A program made the position numbers and the translations under genes. The notes under the pieces were generated by a model that saw nothing but the letters and a program-made list of their open reading frames with translations, did no database searches and had not been told where the DNA came from. A stretch of 11,921 bases of DNA from Candidatus Binatia bacterium (GTDB taxonomy: Bacteria; Desulfobacterota; Binatia; Bin18). Position 1 is the first letter of the stretch, and every line of letters starts with the position of its first letter. The DNA lies in NCBI GenBank assembly GCA_963666315.2, contig CAXXHG010000034.1:1-11921 (forward strand). The letters run 5' to 3'. Below are positions 1 through 7,634 of this stretch, one piece after another.

Positions 1-315
1 CTCGATGATACGAAAGTTGGTGATGCCGGCCTCTTGCAGCCGCACTGCCGCCAACTGACCGCCAAAACCGCCGCCAACAATCACCGCATCGAGTTCTTCG
101 TGCAGCGCCGGGCGAGTATAGCCCGGCTCGACATAATGGTCTTCGTTATAATGCGCGAACTGTCCGCTGATTTCTCGGTATTGATTGTTCGCGTCGGCAC
201 GCAGACGTTTTGTGCGCTCAGCCGCATACTTCTCGCGCAGGGCGCCGGGATCGAAGCCCAACTCGTCGGCAGTCGGTATTCCGCTCGATTCCGTTTGGGT
301 TACGGTTAGACTCAT
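1..315 (-). CDS. Baeyer-Villiger-type FAD-dependent monooxygenase (cyclododecanone/cyclopentadecanone monooxygenase-like), N-terminal part; runs off the window
   Basis: My translation from ATG at 315 gives MSLTVTQTESSGIPTADELGFDPGALREKYAAERTKRLRADANNQY...DAVIVGGGFGGQLAAVRLQEAGITNFRIIE. It has a Rossmann GxGxxG, and the FDPxALRxKYxxERxKRLRxD N-terminus is typical of this BVMO clade. SD AGGAGG at about 325-330. Not in the ORF track because it has no stop inside the window. Confidence 0.9.
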   Translation of the reverse strand, partial: MSLTVTQTESSGIPTADELGFDPGALREKYAAERTKRLRADANNQYREISGQFAHYNEDHYVEPGYTRPALHEELDAVIVGGGFGGQLAAVRLQEAGITNFRIIE

Positions 316-331
316 TCTGTTCGTCCTCCTT

Positions 332-353
332 CTTGACTCTCGCTTGACTCTCG
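332..353. repeat. Perfect tandem 11-bp direct repeat (CTTGACTCTCG x2) just upstream of the monooxygenase RBS
   Basis: CTTGACTCTCG at 332-342 and 343-353. Confidence 0.8.
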
Positions 354-379
354 GCTCTTCGCTCAAACATTAAGCGGGC

Positions 380-409
380 AGTATAGCCTTTAGAGACAAT
401 ATTGCTCAA
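380..409 (-). promoter_or_regulatory. Candidate sigma70 promoter for the monooxygenase
   Basis: Minus strand TTGAGC (409-404), 18 nt spacer, TATACT (385-380). The CAATATTG palindrome (397-404) lies in the spacer. Confidence 0.4.
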
Positions 410-445
410 TTCATCCCGACGGATTCCTTCAGCAAACTTTGCTCA

Positions 446-468
446 GAAAAATGAAGGGCAAGCGCCCT
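446..468 (-). terminator. Candidate intrinsic terminator of the DUF5678/protease operon
   Basis: Minus strand AGGGC-GCTT-GCCCT followed by TCATTTTT, about 40 nt after the protease stop. The stem is short (5 bp). Confidence 0.45.
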
Positions 469-509
469 GAAATCTACTCGGTCGCTTGCACCTGAGATTG
501 TCAGCGTGG

Positions 510-935
510 TCATGGGCTCGGGGTGAGGTAGAGCGTCAGATGTCGCTCGCGGAAGCCTATTTGTACGCAGTTAAAGAAATCACGACCTAAAAGATTCCGG
601 CTTATTGAGCGTTCCGCAAAACCAACTTCCAGATCGAATTCCCCGACGAGATCGTGCGCTATGCTGATGCGGTGGAGTTTCCCTTCGAGCGCCAGGCCCC
701 GTACCGACGATCCCCATTGCCGGGCTGGTGCGCTGGTGAGATCGAGACCTAGTATGACCGCGTACTGTGGATCAAAGAGAGAAATCTCGGCCCCGGAGTC
801 TAAAAAAACATCAGTATCGATGGCCCGACTCGGCTCCGCCAGGTTTGTAAGACGGACGAGCAGTCTTGGGAATGAACGGTTATTGCGAGGATCGACCGTA
901 TAGGGAATTTCATAGGCGTAGTCGATGGTCGGCAT
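510..935 (-). CDS. Retropepsin-like (clan AA) single-domain aspartic protease
   Basis: 141 aa. Catalytic motif VFLDSGAEISL, C-terminal NLLGRDFF (hydrophobic-hydrophobic-Gly motif), N-terminal FPRLLVRL strand. No signal peptide. Confidence 0.85.
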   Translation of the reverse strand: MPTIDYAYEIPYTVDPRNNRSFPRLLVRLTNLAEPSRAIDTDVFLDSGAEISLFDPQYAVILGLDLTSAPARQWGSSVRGLALEGKLHRISIAHDLVGEFDLEVGFAERSISRNLLGRDFFNCVQIGFRERHLTLYLTPSP

Positions 936-938
936 GGA

Positions 939-1400
939 CTACAAACCCATATGGATACTGTCGTTGGGGGTGTCGTCAACAAAGAAGATATACGGAACGG
1001 TGATTCCCTGGGTCCGGGCCTCTTCGACGACTTGAACGGCATCAGGTCCGTAGCTCACAATGGTTTCTCCGTCGAGAACAACCCATTGCCCCGCCAATTG
1101 GCGAAGTTCCTCGCCATGAGTCTGTCGCCAGGCGAGTTCACGGCTTCGGGCTGTCGAGGTCGATAGGGATTGAGGCGCACGTCCCGAGGCCCGTTTCGTC
1201 CGATAGTTTTTACGGCGACTCGCTCGGTAGGCTTCCGGGTTACGCCAGTACGCTGCCTTTTTCGCGCAGGTTGAGGTGCAGTATTTTTTGACTGCTGTGC
1301 CCATAAACGATTTTCCACACTGGGGACAACTCTTGGGCTCAAGCGAAATCCGGCGTGTTGCCGAGACAGTCAAGGCTCTTTTTGAGGATTTTTGATCCAT
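939..1400 (-). CDS. Zn-finger (C-x2-C-x12-C-x3-C) plus DUF5678-like domain protein
   Basis: N-terminal CPQC...YCTSTC followed by a very basic helix. C-terminal LAGQWVVLDGETIVSYGPDAVQVVEEAR...PYIFFV matches the DUF5678 pattern as I recall it. Stop lies 3 nt before the protease ATG. Confidence 0.75.
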   Translation of the reverse strand: MDQKSSKRALTVSATRRISLEPKSCPQCGKSFMGTAVKKYCTSTCAKKAAYWRNPEAYRASRRKNYRTKRASGRAPQSLSTSTARSRELAWRQTHGEELRQLAGQWVVLDGETIVSYGPDAVQVVEEARTQGITVPYIFFVDDTPNDSIHMGL

Positions 1401-1435
1401 AGAGATAACCTATTGACGTGAGGTTGCGACGTCAA
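1401..1435 (-). promoter_or_regulatory. Sigma70-type promoter for a probably leaderless mRNA, overlapped by the palindrome TTGACGT-N9-ACGTCAA
   Basis: Minus strand TTGACG (1435-1430), exactly 17 nt, TAGGTT (1412-1407), 6 nt, ATG (1400). No SD. Inverted repeat arms at 1413-1419 and 1429-1435. Confidence 0.65.
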
Positions 1436-1645
1436 GAGAATTACTTCCTCCCTTGACATATTCGCGACAGTTCAAGTGAGCAGGTAAATGCTATCGACCA
1501 TGCGTTCCATTCGCTGCCCATTTTGTCTTTTCTCGGAAGACGGACATTTCACGCACAGGGCCGGAAAAGCATTGGTGTCACGAGCGGTTGAGCTGGTCTG
1601 TTTGACTGAGGTAATGTGGCTGCCGTAACACGAAGGAGGAATATC

Positions 1646-3025
1646 ATGCCAACCGACGTTCGCGGTCTTGATATCACGGTGACGAATGCTGAGGCTCTTG
1701 CCGAGTATGACAAGGTGCTAACCGACCTCTGGAATTATCGTCTCGCCGCGCCAAAAAATCTGAAGCGTGTCCTCGAACTCGACCCGGATTTTCCAATGGC
1801 ACAGGTTGTCTGAGGTTACATTATGTCCATGCTCGAGCCGGTCGCGGTCCGCCCGAAAATGCTGGCCAATGCGTCACTCGCCCGCGAACATCTTGCGGCT
1901 GACGCCCACCGCGAACGTCTGCATTGTGACGCATTGGAAGGGTTAGCAAGCGGCAATCTCGAACGGGCTTGTGCTGCGTGGGAGGCCATACTGGCCGACT
2001 ATCCTTACGACTTGCTGGCTCTCAAAATGCACCACCATTCGACTTTCTGGACTGGTCGGAGTTATGTCATTCGCAATACTGTCGCCGGCGTGTTCGACTT
2101 GTGGGATGAGTCCATCCCCGGTTACAGCTTCGTCCTCGGCATGTTGGCCTTTGGGCTTGAAGAATGCGGCGATTATGCGCAAGCAGAAGCCTTTGGTCGC
2201 CAGTCAATTGACCTGAATCCGGATGACCTGTGGGCGATCCACTCAGTCGCGCACGTGATGGAGATGCAGGGACGCCTGGACGAAGGGATTGCATTCATCG
2301 ATCGGCCGGTCGATCAGTGGGCTGATCGAAACCCGTTTCAAGGCCATAATTGGTGGCACTTGGCCTTATTCGCGCTTGAGAGGGGTGACTATGATTTTAC
2401 GTTGGACATCTATGACAATAGGATACTGACCTCTAACACGGAATTCTTCCTGGATGTTCAAAACGGTGCTTCGATGCTCAAGCGCCTGGAATTGCTGGGG
2501 GTTGATGTTGGTGATCGCTGGGAGCCCTTGGCGGAATATGCGAGGAAGCGGGTCGATGACCATGTGCTGGCTTTTACCGATCTGCATAGCTTGATGGCGC
2601 TGGCCTCTGCGGACGACAAGGAGACCGCGCAGGCGTATATCAATGCACTCGAATCATTTGCCAATACACCGGACAATTATGCTGCTTCGCTGATGGCGGA
2701 TGTGGTGGTGCCGATGGGTGAAGGAGTGCTGGCGTTTGAAAACGAGGAGTATGCTCGGGCGGTCGATGTATTGTGGCCGCTGCGCGATCGCTGGTTTGGG
2801 ATCGGAGGATCGCATGCGCAGCGCGATATCTTTACGCAGATTCTCATCGAGGCAGCCATTCGGGCCGAACGCTATGAGCAGGCACGGGCGCTTCTGGCGC
2901 AGCGGGCGTTGTTGAGACCGAACAGTCTTGGAAGCTGGCAAAAGTACGCAACAGTGTTACAGGCGTGCGGCGACGACTCGCGTGCGGAACACGCGCGGCA
3001 AAGAGCTGCGCGCTTGCACTCTTAG
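1646..3025 (+). pseudogene. TTC38-like tetratricopeptide repeat protein interrupted by a single in-frame TGA (1811-1813)
   Basis: Strong SD AAGGAGG before ATG 1646. The frame continues across the stop (...DPDFPMAQVV*GYIMSML...). TTC38 motifs: WEAILADYPYDLLALK, GMLAFGLEECGDY, DLWAIHSVAHVMEMQG, HNWWHLAL, IGGSHAQRD. Confidence 0.8.
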
Positions 3026-3039
3026 GGAGGGTTTCGGCA

Positions 3040-4260
3040 ATGCATTACATGCTGACTGAGTCGCAGCTTGCGTTACGGGCGCGGGCATACGAATTGGCAC
3101 GGGACGTGATCGCCCCGCGCGCTGCGGAGGTTGACCAAAGCGAACAATACCCCTGGGATAATGTCCGGGCGTTAAAAGAGGCTGGATTCTTTGGCATGAC
3201 AATCCCGCCGGAGTTTGGTGGGGCTGGACTGAGCTATCTCGACGTGGTGCTCGTCATCGAAGAGATGGCAAAGGTTTGCGGGGTGACCGGACGTATTGTG
3301 GTCGAAGCGAATATGGGGGCTCTTTCAGCCATCATGCACTACGGCACGCCGGCGCAAAAAGAGCGGGCGGCTGCTCTTGTCTTGGCTGGGGATAAGCCCG
3401 CCATCTGTATTACCGAGCCTCACGCCGGCAGTGCGGCATCAGAGATGACTACGCGGGCTGATAAACGCGGCGATACGTATGTGCTGAACGGCATGAAGCA
3501 TTGGATTACCGGGGGCGGTGTTTCCAAACTCCATCTGATCTTCGCCCGCGTGTTTGACGGACAAGGGACAGAGCAAGGTATCGGTGGATTTATTGCCGTT
3601 CGCGACCAAGAGCGTGGGTTGCGCATCGGTCAACGTGAACCCACGATGGGCTTACGAGGTATTCCTGAAGCCGAAGTGTATTTCGAAGATCTCGAACTGC
3701 CCGCCGACCAAGTATTAACACCGCCCGGCGGATTCAAGCGTGGCTTTGCTGAATTAATGAACGCCTACAACACCCAACGGGTTGGCGCGGGCACGGTTGC
3801 TTTAGGGCTTGCAACCGGAGCCTATGAAGGGGCAAAACAATACGCTTTAGACCGAGAACAGTTTGGTCGGCCGATTGCCGAGTTTCAGGGCCTGCAGTGG
3901 ATGCTGGCCGATATGTCGACGCAGATCGAAGCGGCGCGGCTCATGATCCACAGCGCGGCCCGTTCGCGCGGCCCCCACAAGAGCCCGTTCCCGGACCCGA
4001 ATGCGGCTGCGCAAGCAAAGCTGTTCGCATCGGAAATGGCAATTAAGGTCACAAATGACGCCTTACAGGTGTTTGGCGCCAAAGGCTATTCGCGCAACAC
4101 GCCGGTTGAACGCATGGTGCGTGACGCTCGAATGTTCACTATCGGGGGCGGTACTGCCCAGATCCTGCGCACAGTCATCGCTTCGCGGATTTTAGACCGC
4201 CGCCTGCCGCAGACCCGTGACGGGTACGCGCGCCTGGCTCGTAAAGCCCAAGAACGGTAG
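3040..4260 (+). CDS. acdA: 3-sulfinopropanoyl-CoA desulfinase (acyl-CoA dehydrogenase fold)
   Basis: SD GGGAGG 3025-3030, ATG 3040 (the track's 2965 start is too early). Segments EQYPWDNV, LAGDKPAIC, WITGGGVSKLHLIFARV, RDARMFTI and LPQTRDGY match Advenella AcdA as I recall it. Desulfinase residues R (TGRI), C (AICI) and Q (YNTQRV) are present; the usual ACAD catalytic Glu is absent (IGGGT instead of IYEGT). Confidence 0.88.
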   Translation: MHYMLTESQLALRARAYELARDVIAPRAAEVDQSEQYPWDNVRALKEAGFFGMTIPPEFGGAGLSYLDVVLVIEEMAKVCGVTGRIVVEANMGALSAIMHYGTPAQKERAAALVLAGDKPAICITEPHAGSAASEMTTRADKRGDTYVLNGMKHWITGGGVSKLHLIFARVFDGQGTEQGIGGFIAVRDQERGLRIGQREPTMGLRGIPEAEVYFEDLELPADQVLTPPGGFKRGFAELMNAYNTQRVGAGTVALGLATGAYEGAKQYALDREQFGRPIAEFQGLQWMLADMSTQIEAARLMIHSAARSRGPHKSPFPDPNAAAQAKLFASEMAIKVTNDALQVFGAKGYSRNTPVERMVRDARMFTIGGGTAQILRTVIASRILDRRLPQTRDGYARLARKAQER

Positions 4261-4283
4261 TGCTCTTCGCAATTTGGCTGACG

Positions 4284-4320
4284 ACTGCGCCAGTGTTGGG
4301 GTGAAACTGCGCCACTGCGC
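4284..4320. repeat. Short direct repeats ACTGCGC(CA) x3
   Basis: ACTGCGCCA at 4284 and 4306, ACTGCGC at 4314. Confidence 0.6.
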
Positions 4321-4493
4321 TAAGGGCCATAATAGACAGGATAGACAGGAGGATACGAGGAGACCGGTGCCAGCCTGACCGGCACAGGATAATAGATCGG
4401 CCGGGACGTAAATCCTTTTGTAAATCCCTGCAACACGGTGGTGCAGCCGCTCAGGGCAAAGCAGAGCAGGCTGAGGAGCCAGAGCGTCTTCAC
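4320..4493 (-). CDS. Small Pro/Tyr-rich lipoprotein (57 aa)
   Basis: GTG start with AAGGA upstream. MKTLWLLSLLCFALSG-C has a lipobox LSGC and the tail is PVY-rich. It lies in frame within the longer ORF 4320-4610. Confidence 0.55.
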   Translation of the reverse strand: MKTLWLLSLLCFALSGCTTVLQGFTKGFTSRPIYYPVPVRLAPVSSYPPVYPVYYGP

Positions 4494-4610
4494 GGGGTCT
4501 GTCCTTGCGACATTGGCTAAGGTGGCCAAGGCGCCCCGTCGGTTCAGTTCCGCCGCCACGAACAATTCCCTGGCTCGCCCAATCTGCTGTCTTGAGGGCT
4601 GCTGTGCCAT
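4494..4610 (-). pseudogene. N-terminal remnant of a probable PD-(D/E)XK nuclease-like gene, fused in frame to the lipoprotein ORF
   Basis: SD GAGGAGG before ATG 4610. MAQQPSRQQIGRARELFVAAELNRRGALATL resembles the G-x-A-G-E-x-x-V-A-A-E-L-x-R-R-G first helix of small PD-(D/E)XK nucleases. No catalytic strands follow. Confidence 0.45.
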
Positions 4611-4756
4611 CGCGTCCTCCTCGCATTGACATCTTATTCGTTTTGAATAGATTGTCCTACTCATAACTGAGAGCTGTGGAAGAGAGGAGTAAGGATGATC
4701 CTCGTTTTTGTAGGAGCTGAGGGCGGGACTTTTTTCACTACTACTAGGAGGGATTC

Positions 4757-5458
4757 GTGGAAAAAATTCAAGGCAAGATATTTCCAGCAGACTGCCCCCA
4801 TTGTGGCACCAAGAAAGTCGCGTTCACGGTCAGGGATGGAATCCACTTAGGGGAAATATTCTATAACGGGTTCATTAGACTGAATTCCGACCTATTTGCG
4901 CAATGCGCCTACTGCAATCGAGGCATTATTGCAGGATTTAGTACACTGAAAGAAGACTCCGATTTAGGCCGACATATAAGGCAAGGCGGCTTACCTGATA
5001 GCATCGTTCCCGCTCCGCCTTCTCTCGATGCACCGCCACACACCCCTGACAGTGCGGCACGGTTTTTCAAACAGGGCCGTGACAATATGTCAGGAAATTG
5101 GGACGCTGCTGGAACCATGTTTCGTAGTGCGCTGGAAGCAGCCTTGAAAGACAAGTTCCCCGATCTTTCCGGCACACTGTTCGAGCGCATTCAAAAGGCA
5201 GCAGAACATAATGCTCTGACCCCTGACTTAGCAGAGTGGGCACACGAGATACGGATTGAGGGCAATCAAGCGGCACATGAAGATCAGCCATACCAGAGAG
5301 AAGATGCGGAGCGGTTAGAAGCGTTTACGGACATGGTGTTTCGGTATCTTTTTACCTTGCCTGGAATGCTGCAAGAGAGAAAACAGCAACTATCGCCCCA
5401 GCAAGACGATCAGAAAAAAACAGGAAAGGATTTAACGGAAAGATATCGCAAATCCTAA
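4757..5458 (+). CDS. DUF4145 (HEPN superfamily) domain protein with N-terminal Zn ribbon
   Basis: SD GGAGG, GTG start. CPHC...CAYC; AAGTMFRSALEAALK; L-x-ERI; WAHEIRIEGNQAAH (DUF4145 RxxGNxAAH); C-terminal YLFTLPG. Visibly lower GC than the flanking catabolic genes. Confidence 0.85.
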   Translation: MEKIQGKIFPADCPHCGTKKVAFTVRDGIHLGEIFYNGFIRLNSDLFAQCAYCNRGIIAGFSTLKEDSDLGRHIRQGGLPDSIVPAPPSLDAPPHTPDSAARFFKQGRDNMSGNWDAAGTMFRSALEAALKDKFPDLSGTLFERIQKAAEHNALTPDLAEWAHEIRIEGNQAAHEDQPYQREDAERLEAFTDMVFRYLFTLPGMLQERKQQLSPQQDDQKKTGKDLTERYRKS

Positions 5459-5470
5459 CTGCCCACCCAG

Positions 5471-5578
5471 GTAGTACACCTCTCCCGACTGGTACACTTT
5501 CCCTGTGCCTTTGGTATATTTTGCCCCCCGATTGGTACAAGTAGAAAAAATACGCCGAATAGTGATGTATCTGTACCA
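5471..5578. repeat. Array A of TGGTACA-type repeats (possible transposase/recombinase binding sites)
   Basis: GTAC/GTAT cores at 5474, 5492, 5514 and 5535 (spacing 18, 22, 21) and an inverted TGTACCA at 5572-5578. CCCGA(C/T)TGGTACA occurs at 5484 and 5527. Confidence 0.65.
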
Positions 5579-5655
5579 GCACCAGGAGAGCGATACCTTG
5601 ACAATACGATGACGACTCAGCCGGTTGTTTCTCTCGTCATTTTTTGGAACCATGC

Positions 5656-5688
5656 TCGCCGGAGCGAGTAAATCCGCTCGCTCCGCGA
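5656..5688 (+). other. GC-rich stem-loop upstream of the GST gene
   Basis: CGGAGCGAG (5660-5668) / CTCGCTCCG (5677-5685), extendable by TCG/CGA with one bulge. No U tail. Confidence 0.55.
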
Positions 5689-5716
5689 CTCTGGATAAAT
5701 CTTGAGGACCAGACCC

Positions 5717-6415
5717 ATGAGCGCAATCACCTTGTATACCGCCCCGACTGCGAACGGGTGGAAAATCTCCATCGCCCTTGAAGAGCTTGGCATTGATTAC
5801 GACACCGTGTATCTCCATTTCGACAAAAATGAGCAGAAGACGGCGGAGTTTCTCACACTGAATCCGAATGGGCGCATTCCAGTCATAGTCGACCATGACA
5901 ATGAGGAATTCGTACTTGCAGAATCGGGAGCGATTTTGCTCTACCTCGCCGAGCGGAGCGGCAAGCTCTGGCCGACAGATCCCAGGCTGCGCCACCAGGC
6001 CATGCAGTGGCTCATGTTCCAGATGAGCGCGGTCGGTCCGATGCTCGGGCAGGCGATGTTTTTTCAGCGCATCGCGGCACCAAAGGGCATTGTCGACGAA
6101 TATGCGATCGAACGCTACGTCGAAGAATCGAAACGTCTGCTTGGCGTCTTGAATGACGCGCTCCGCGACAATACGTATCTCTGCGGCGATTATTCGATGG
6201 TCGATATTGCCACATTTCCTTGGGCGCGCGCGTATCGTTGGGCCAACGTCGATGTCTCGGACCTTACGCACCTGACAGCCTGGCTCGCGCGCATCGAAGC
6301 CCGCGAGGCCGTACAGCGCGGGCTGTGCGTCCCGGCTGGCAAGCCCCGATTCGACTACAGCGACGACGAACTGAAAGCTGCGGCACAGCGCAATGCCCAA
6401 CTGTACGACGCCTGA
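5717..6415 (+). CDS. Glutathione S-transferase, Nu class (YfcG-like, GSH-dependent disulfide oxidoreductase)
   Basis: SD GAGGA, ATG 5717. Motifs ITLYTAPTANGWK, LNPNGRIP, ESGAILLYLAE, QWLMFQM..VGPM.GQ and YSMVDIATFPW. Confidence 0.9.
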   Translation: MSAITLYTAPTANGWKISIALEELGIDYDTVYLHFDKNEQKTAEFLTLNPNGRIPVIVDHDNEEFVLAESGAILLYLAERSGKLWPTDPRLRHQAMQWLMFQMSAVGPMLGQAMFFQRIAAPKGIVDEYAIERYVEESKRLLGVLNDALRDNTYLCGDYSMVDIATFPWARAYRWANVDVSDLTHLTAWLARIEAREAVQRGLCVPAGKPRFDYSDDELKAAAQRNAQLYDA

Positions 6416-6516
6416 GCAAGGGTGTGCATCCCGAAGAATGTGTTGGACTGAAGCCTTACAAACACTGTGGGGTTCTGGCAAGCTATTGGGCAGAGTAAAA
6501 ACGAAGGAGGAATACC

Positions 6517-7608
6517 ATGACAACAGCCATATCACACCAGAACGATCAGCCTCTCTTACCAGGTCGTCTCGGCAATCCTGACCAAGTCTTGAAGACCGAT
6601 CCGCGCACTGATCCCCGCTTGGTTGCCGCCTGTGCGCCCTTTAAGCTCGACGTGGCCCTGCCGCCCGTGCCGGTCAACGCGGACTCGCCCTTGCCGGAGC
6701 AGCTCGACTTCTGTGCGGCAAGCGAGGCTGGCATGGCAACGGTGTTTGCCGCCCTGTGCGCTGACCTGCCGGCGATTCCGAATGTTGAGCGGCGGACCGA
6801 GGTCATCAAAGGCGTGGACGGTAACGACATCAATCTGTACATTCATACGCCTCAGAATGCGTCTGGCCCGCTGCCCTGTGTGTATCATATGCACGGCGGC
6901 GGCATGGTTATCCTGACAGCCGATGATCCATCGTATCGACGCTGGCGCGACGAACTCGCGGCCCTCGGCATGATCGTCGTTGGGGTGGAATTCCGTAATG
7001 GCGCGGGCAAGCTTGGCAACCATCCGTTTCCGGCCGGCCTCAACGACTGCACGAGCGGACTGCAATGGACGTTTGACCACAAGGCCAGCCTGGGGGTCTC
7101 GAAGATCATTGTGTCCGGTGAGTCTGGCGGAGGGAATCTCGCTCTGGCCACGTGTTTGCAGGCCAAGCAGGACGGACGCCTTGAACAGATTGCCGGCGTC
7201 TACGCCTTGTGCCCGTACATTTATGGCGGGTGGGCACGGCCGAGCCAGGAGCTTCGCTCTCTCTACGAGAACGACAACTACTTGATCAACTGCCACCAGA
7301 TGGAGGTGCTGGCAGGCGTCTATGACCCTGAGGGCAAGAACGCGAAAAATCCGCTGTGCTGGCCATACTGGGCCACAGGCGAAGACCTGCAGGGGTTGCC
7401 CCCGCACGTCATCTCGGTCAACGAATTAGACCCCCTGCGGGACGAGGGGCTCATCTATTATCAGATGCTCATGGCAGCGGGGACGCCAGTATACAGCCGG
7501 ACCGTCAACGGGACCTGCCACGCCGCCGACGTCCTTTTCCCCAAAGCGATCCCGGACGTATACGCTGCCACCATCCGCGATATCAAAGGATTTGCAGATT
7601 CGCTGTAG
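6517..7608 (+). CDS. Alpha/beta hydrolase, hormone-sensitive-lipase (family IV) esterase
   Basis: HGGG oxyanion motif, GESGGG nucleophile elbow, ELDPLRDEG acid and GTCH histidine. SD AAGGAGG. Confidence 0.92.
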   Translation: MTTAISHQNDQPLLPGRLGNPDQVLKTDPRTDPRLVAACAPFKLDVALPPVPVNADSPLPEQLDFCAASEAGMATVFAALCADLPAIPNVERRTEVIKGVDGNDINLYIHTPQNASGPLPCVYHMHGGGMVILTADDPSYRRWRDELAALGMIVVGVEFRNGAGKLGNHPFPAGLNDCTSGLQWTFDHKASLGVSKIIVSGESGGGNLALATCLQAKQDGRLEQIAGVYALCPYIYGGWARPSQELRSLYENDNYLINCHQMEVLAGVYDPEGKNAKNPLCWPYWATGEDLQGLPPHVISVNELDPLRDEGLIYYQMLMAAGTPVYSRTVNGTCHAADVLFPKAIPDVYAATIRDIKGFADSL

Positions 7609-7634
7609 AGCCGGCGTAGGGGGCTCAGTATTAT

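Noticed and set aside
34-409. Track ORFs 34..309 (+), 185..373 (+) and 218..409 (-)
   Set aside because: Shadow frames over the real minus-strand monooxygenase starting at 315.
1431-1448. GTCAAGAGAATTACTTCC resembles the IS1595-like TIR (13/18)
   Set aside because: No partner repeat found on the other side of the protease operon; much of the match is the TTGAC -35 box.
1453-1481. TTGACA at 1453 (and at 5598) as promoters
   Set aside because: No acceptable -10 hexamer at 16-18 nt in either case.
5452-5630. Possible integron attC after the DUF4145 stop (TCCTAAC)
   Set aside because: No complementary GTTAGG-type box or attC-like fold within range, and no integrase.
5609-5645. ATGACGA...TCGTCAT plus T run as a terminator
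   Set aside because: The 18-nt loop and AT-rich stem are weak for an intrinsic terminator.
5432-7407. Long antisense ORFs 5432..6535 (367 aa) and 6556..7407 (283 aa)
   Set aside because: They mirror the GST and esterase genes, show no motifs, and are expected in GC-rich DNA.
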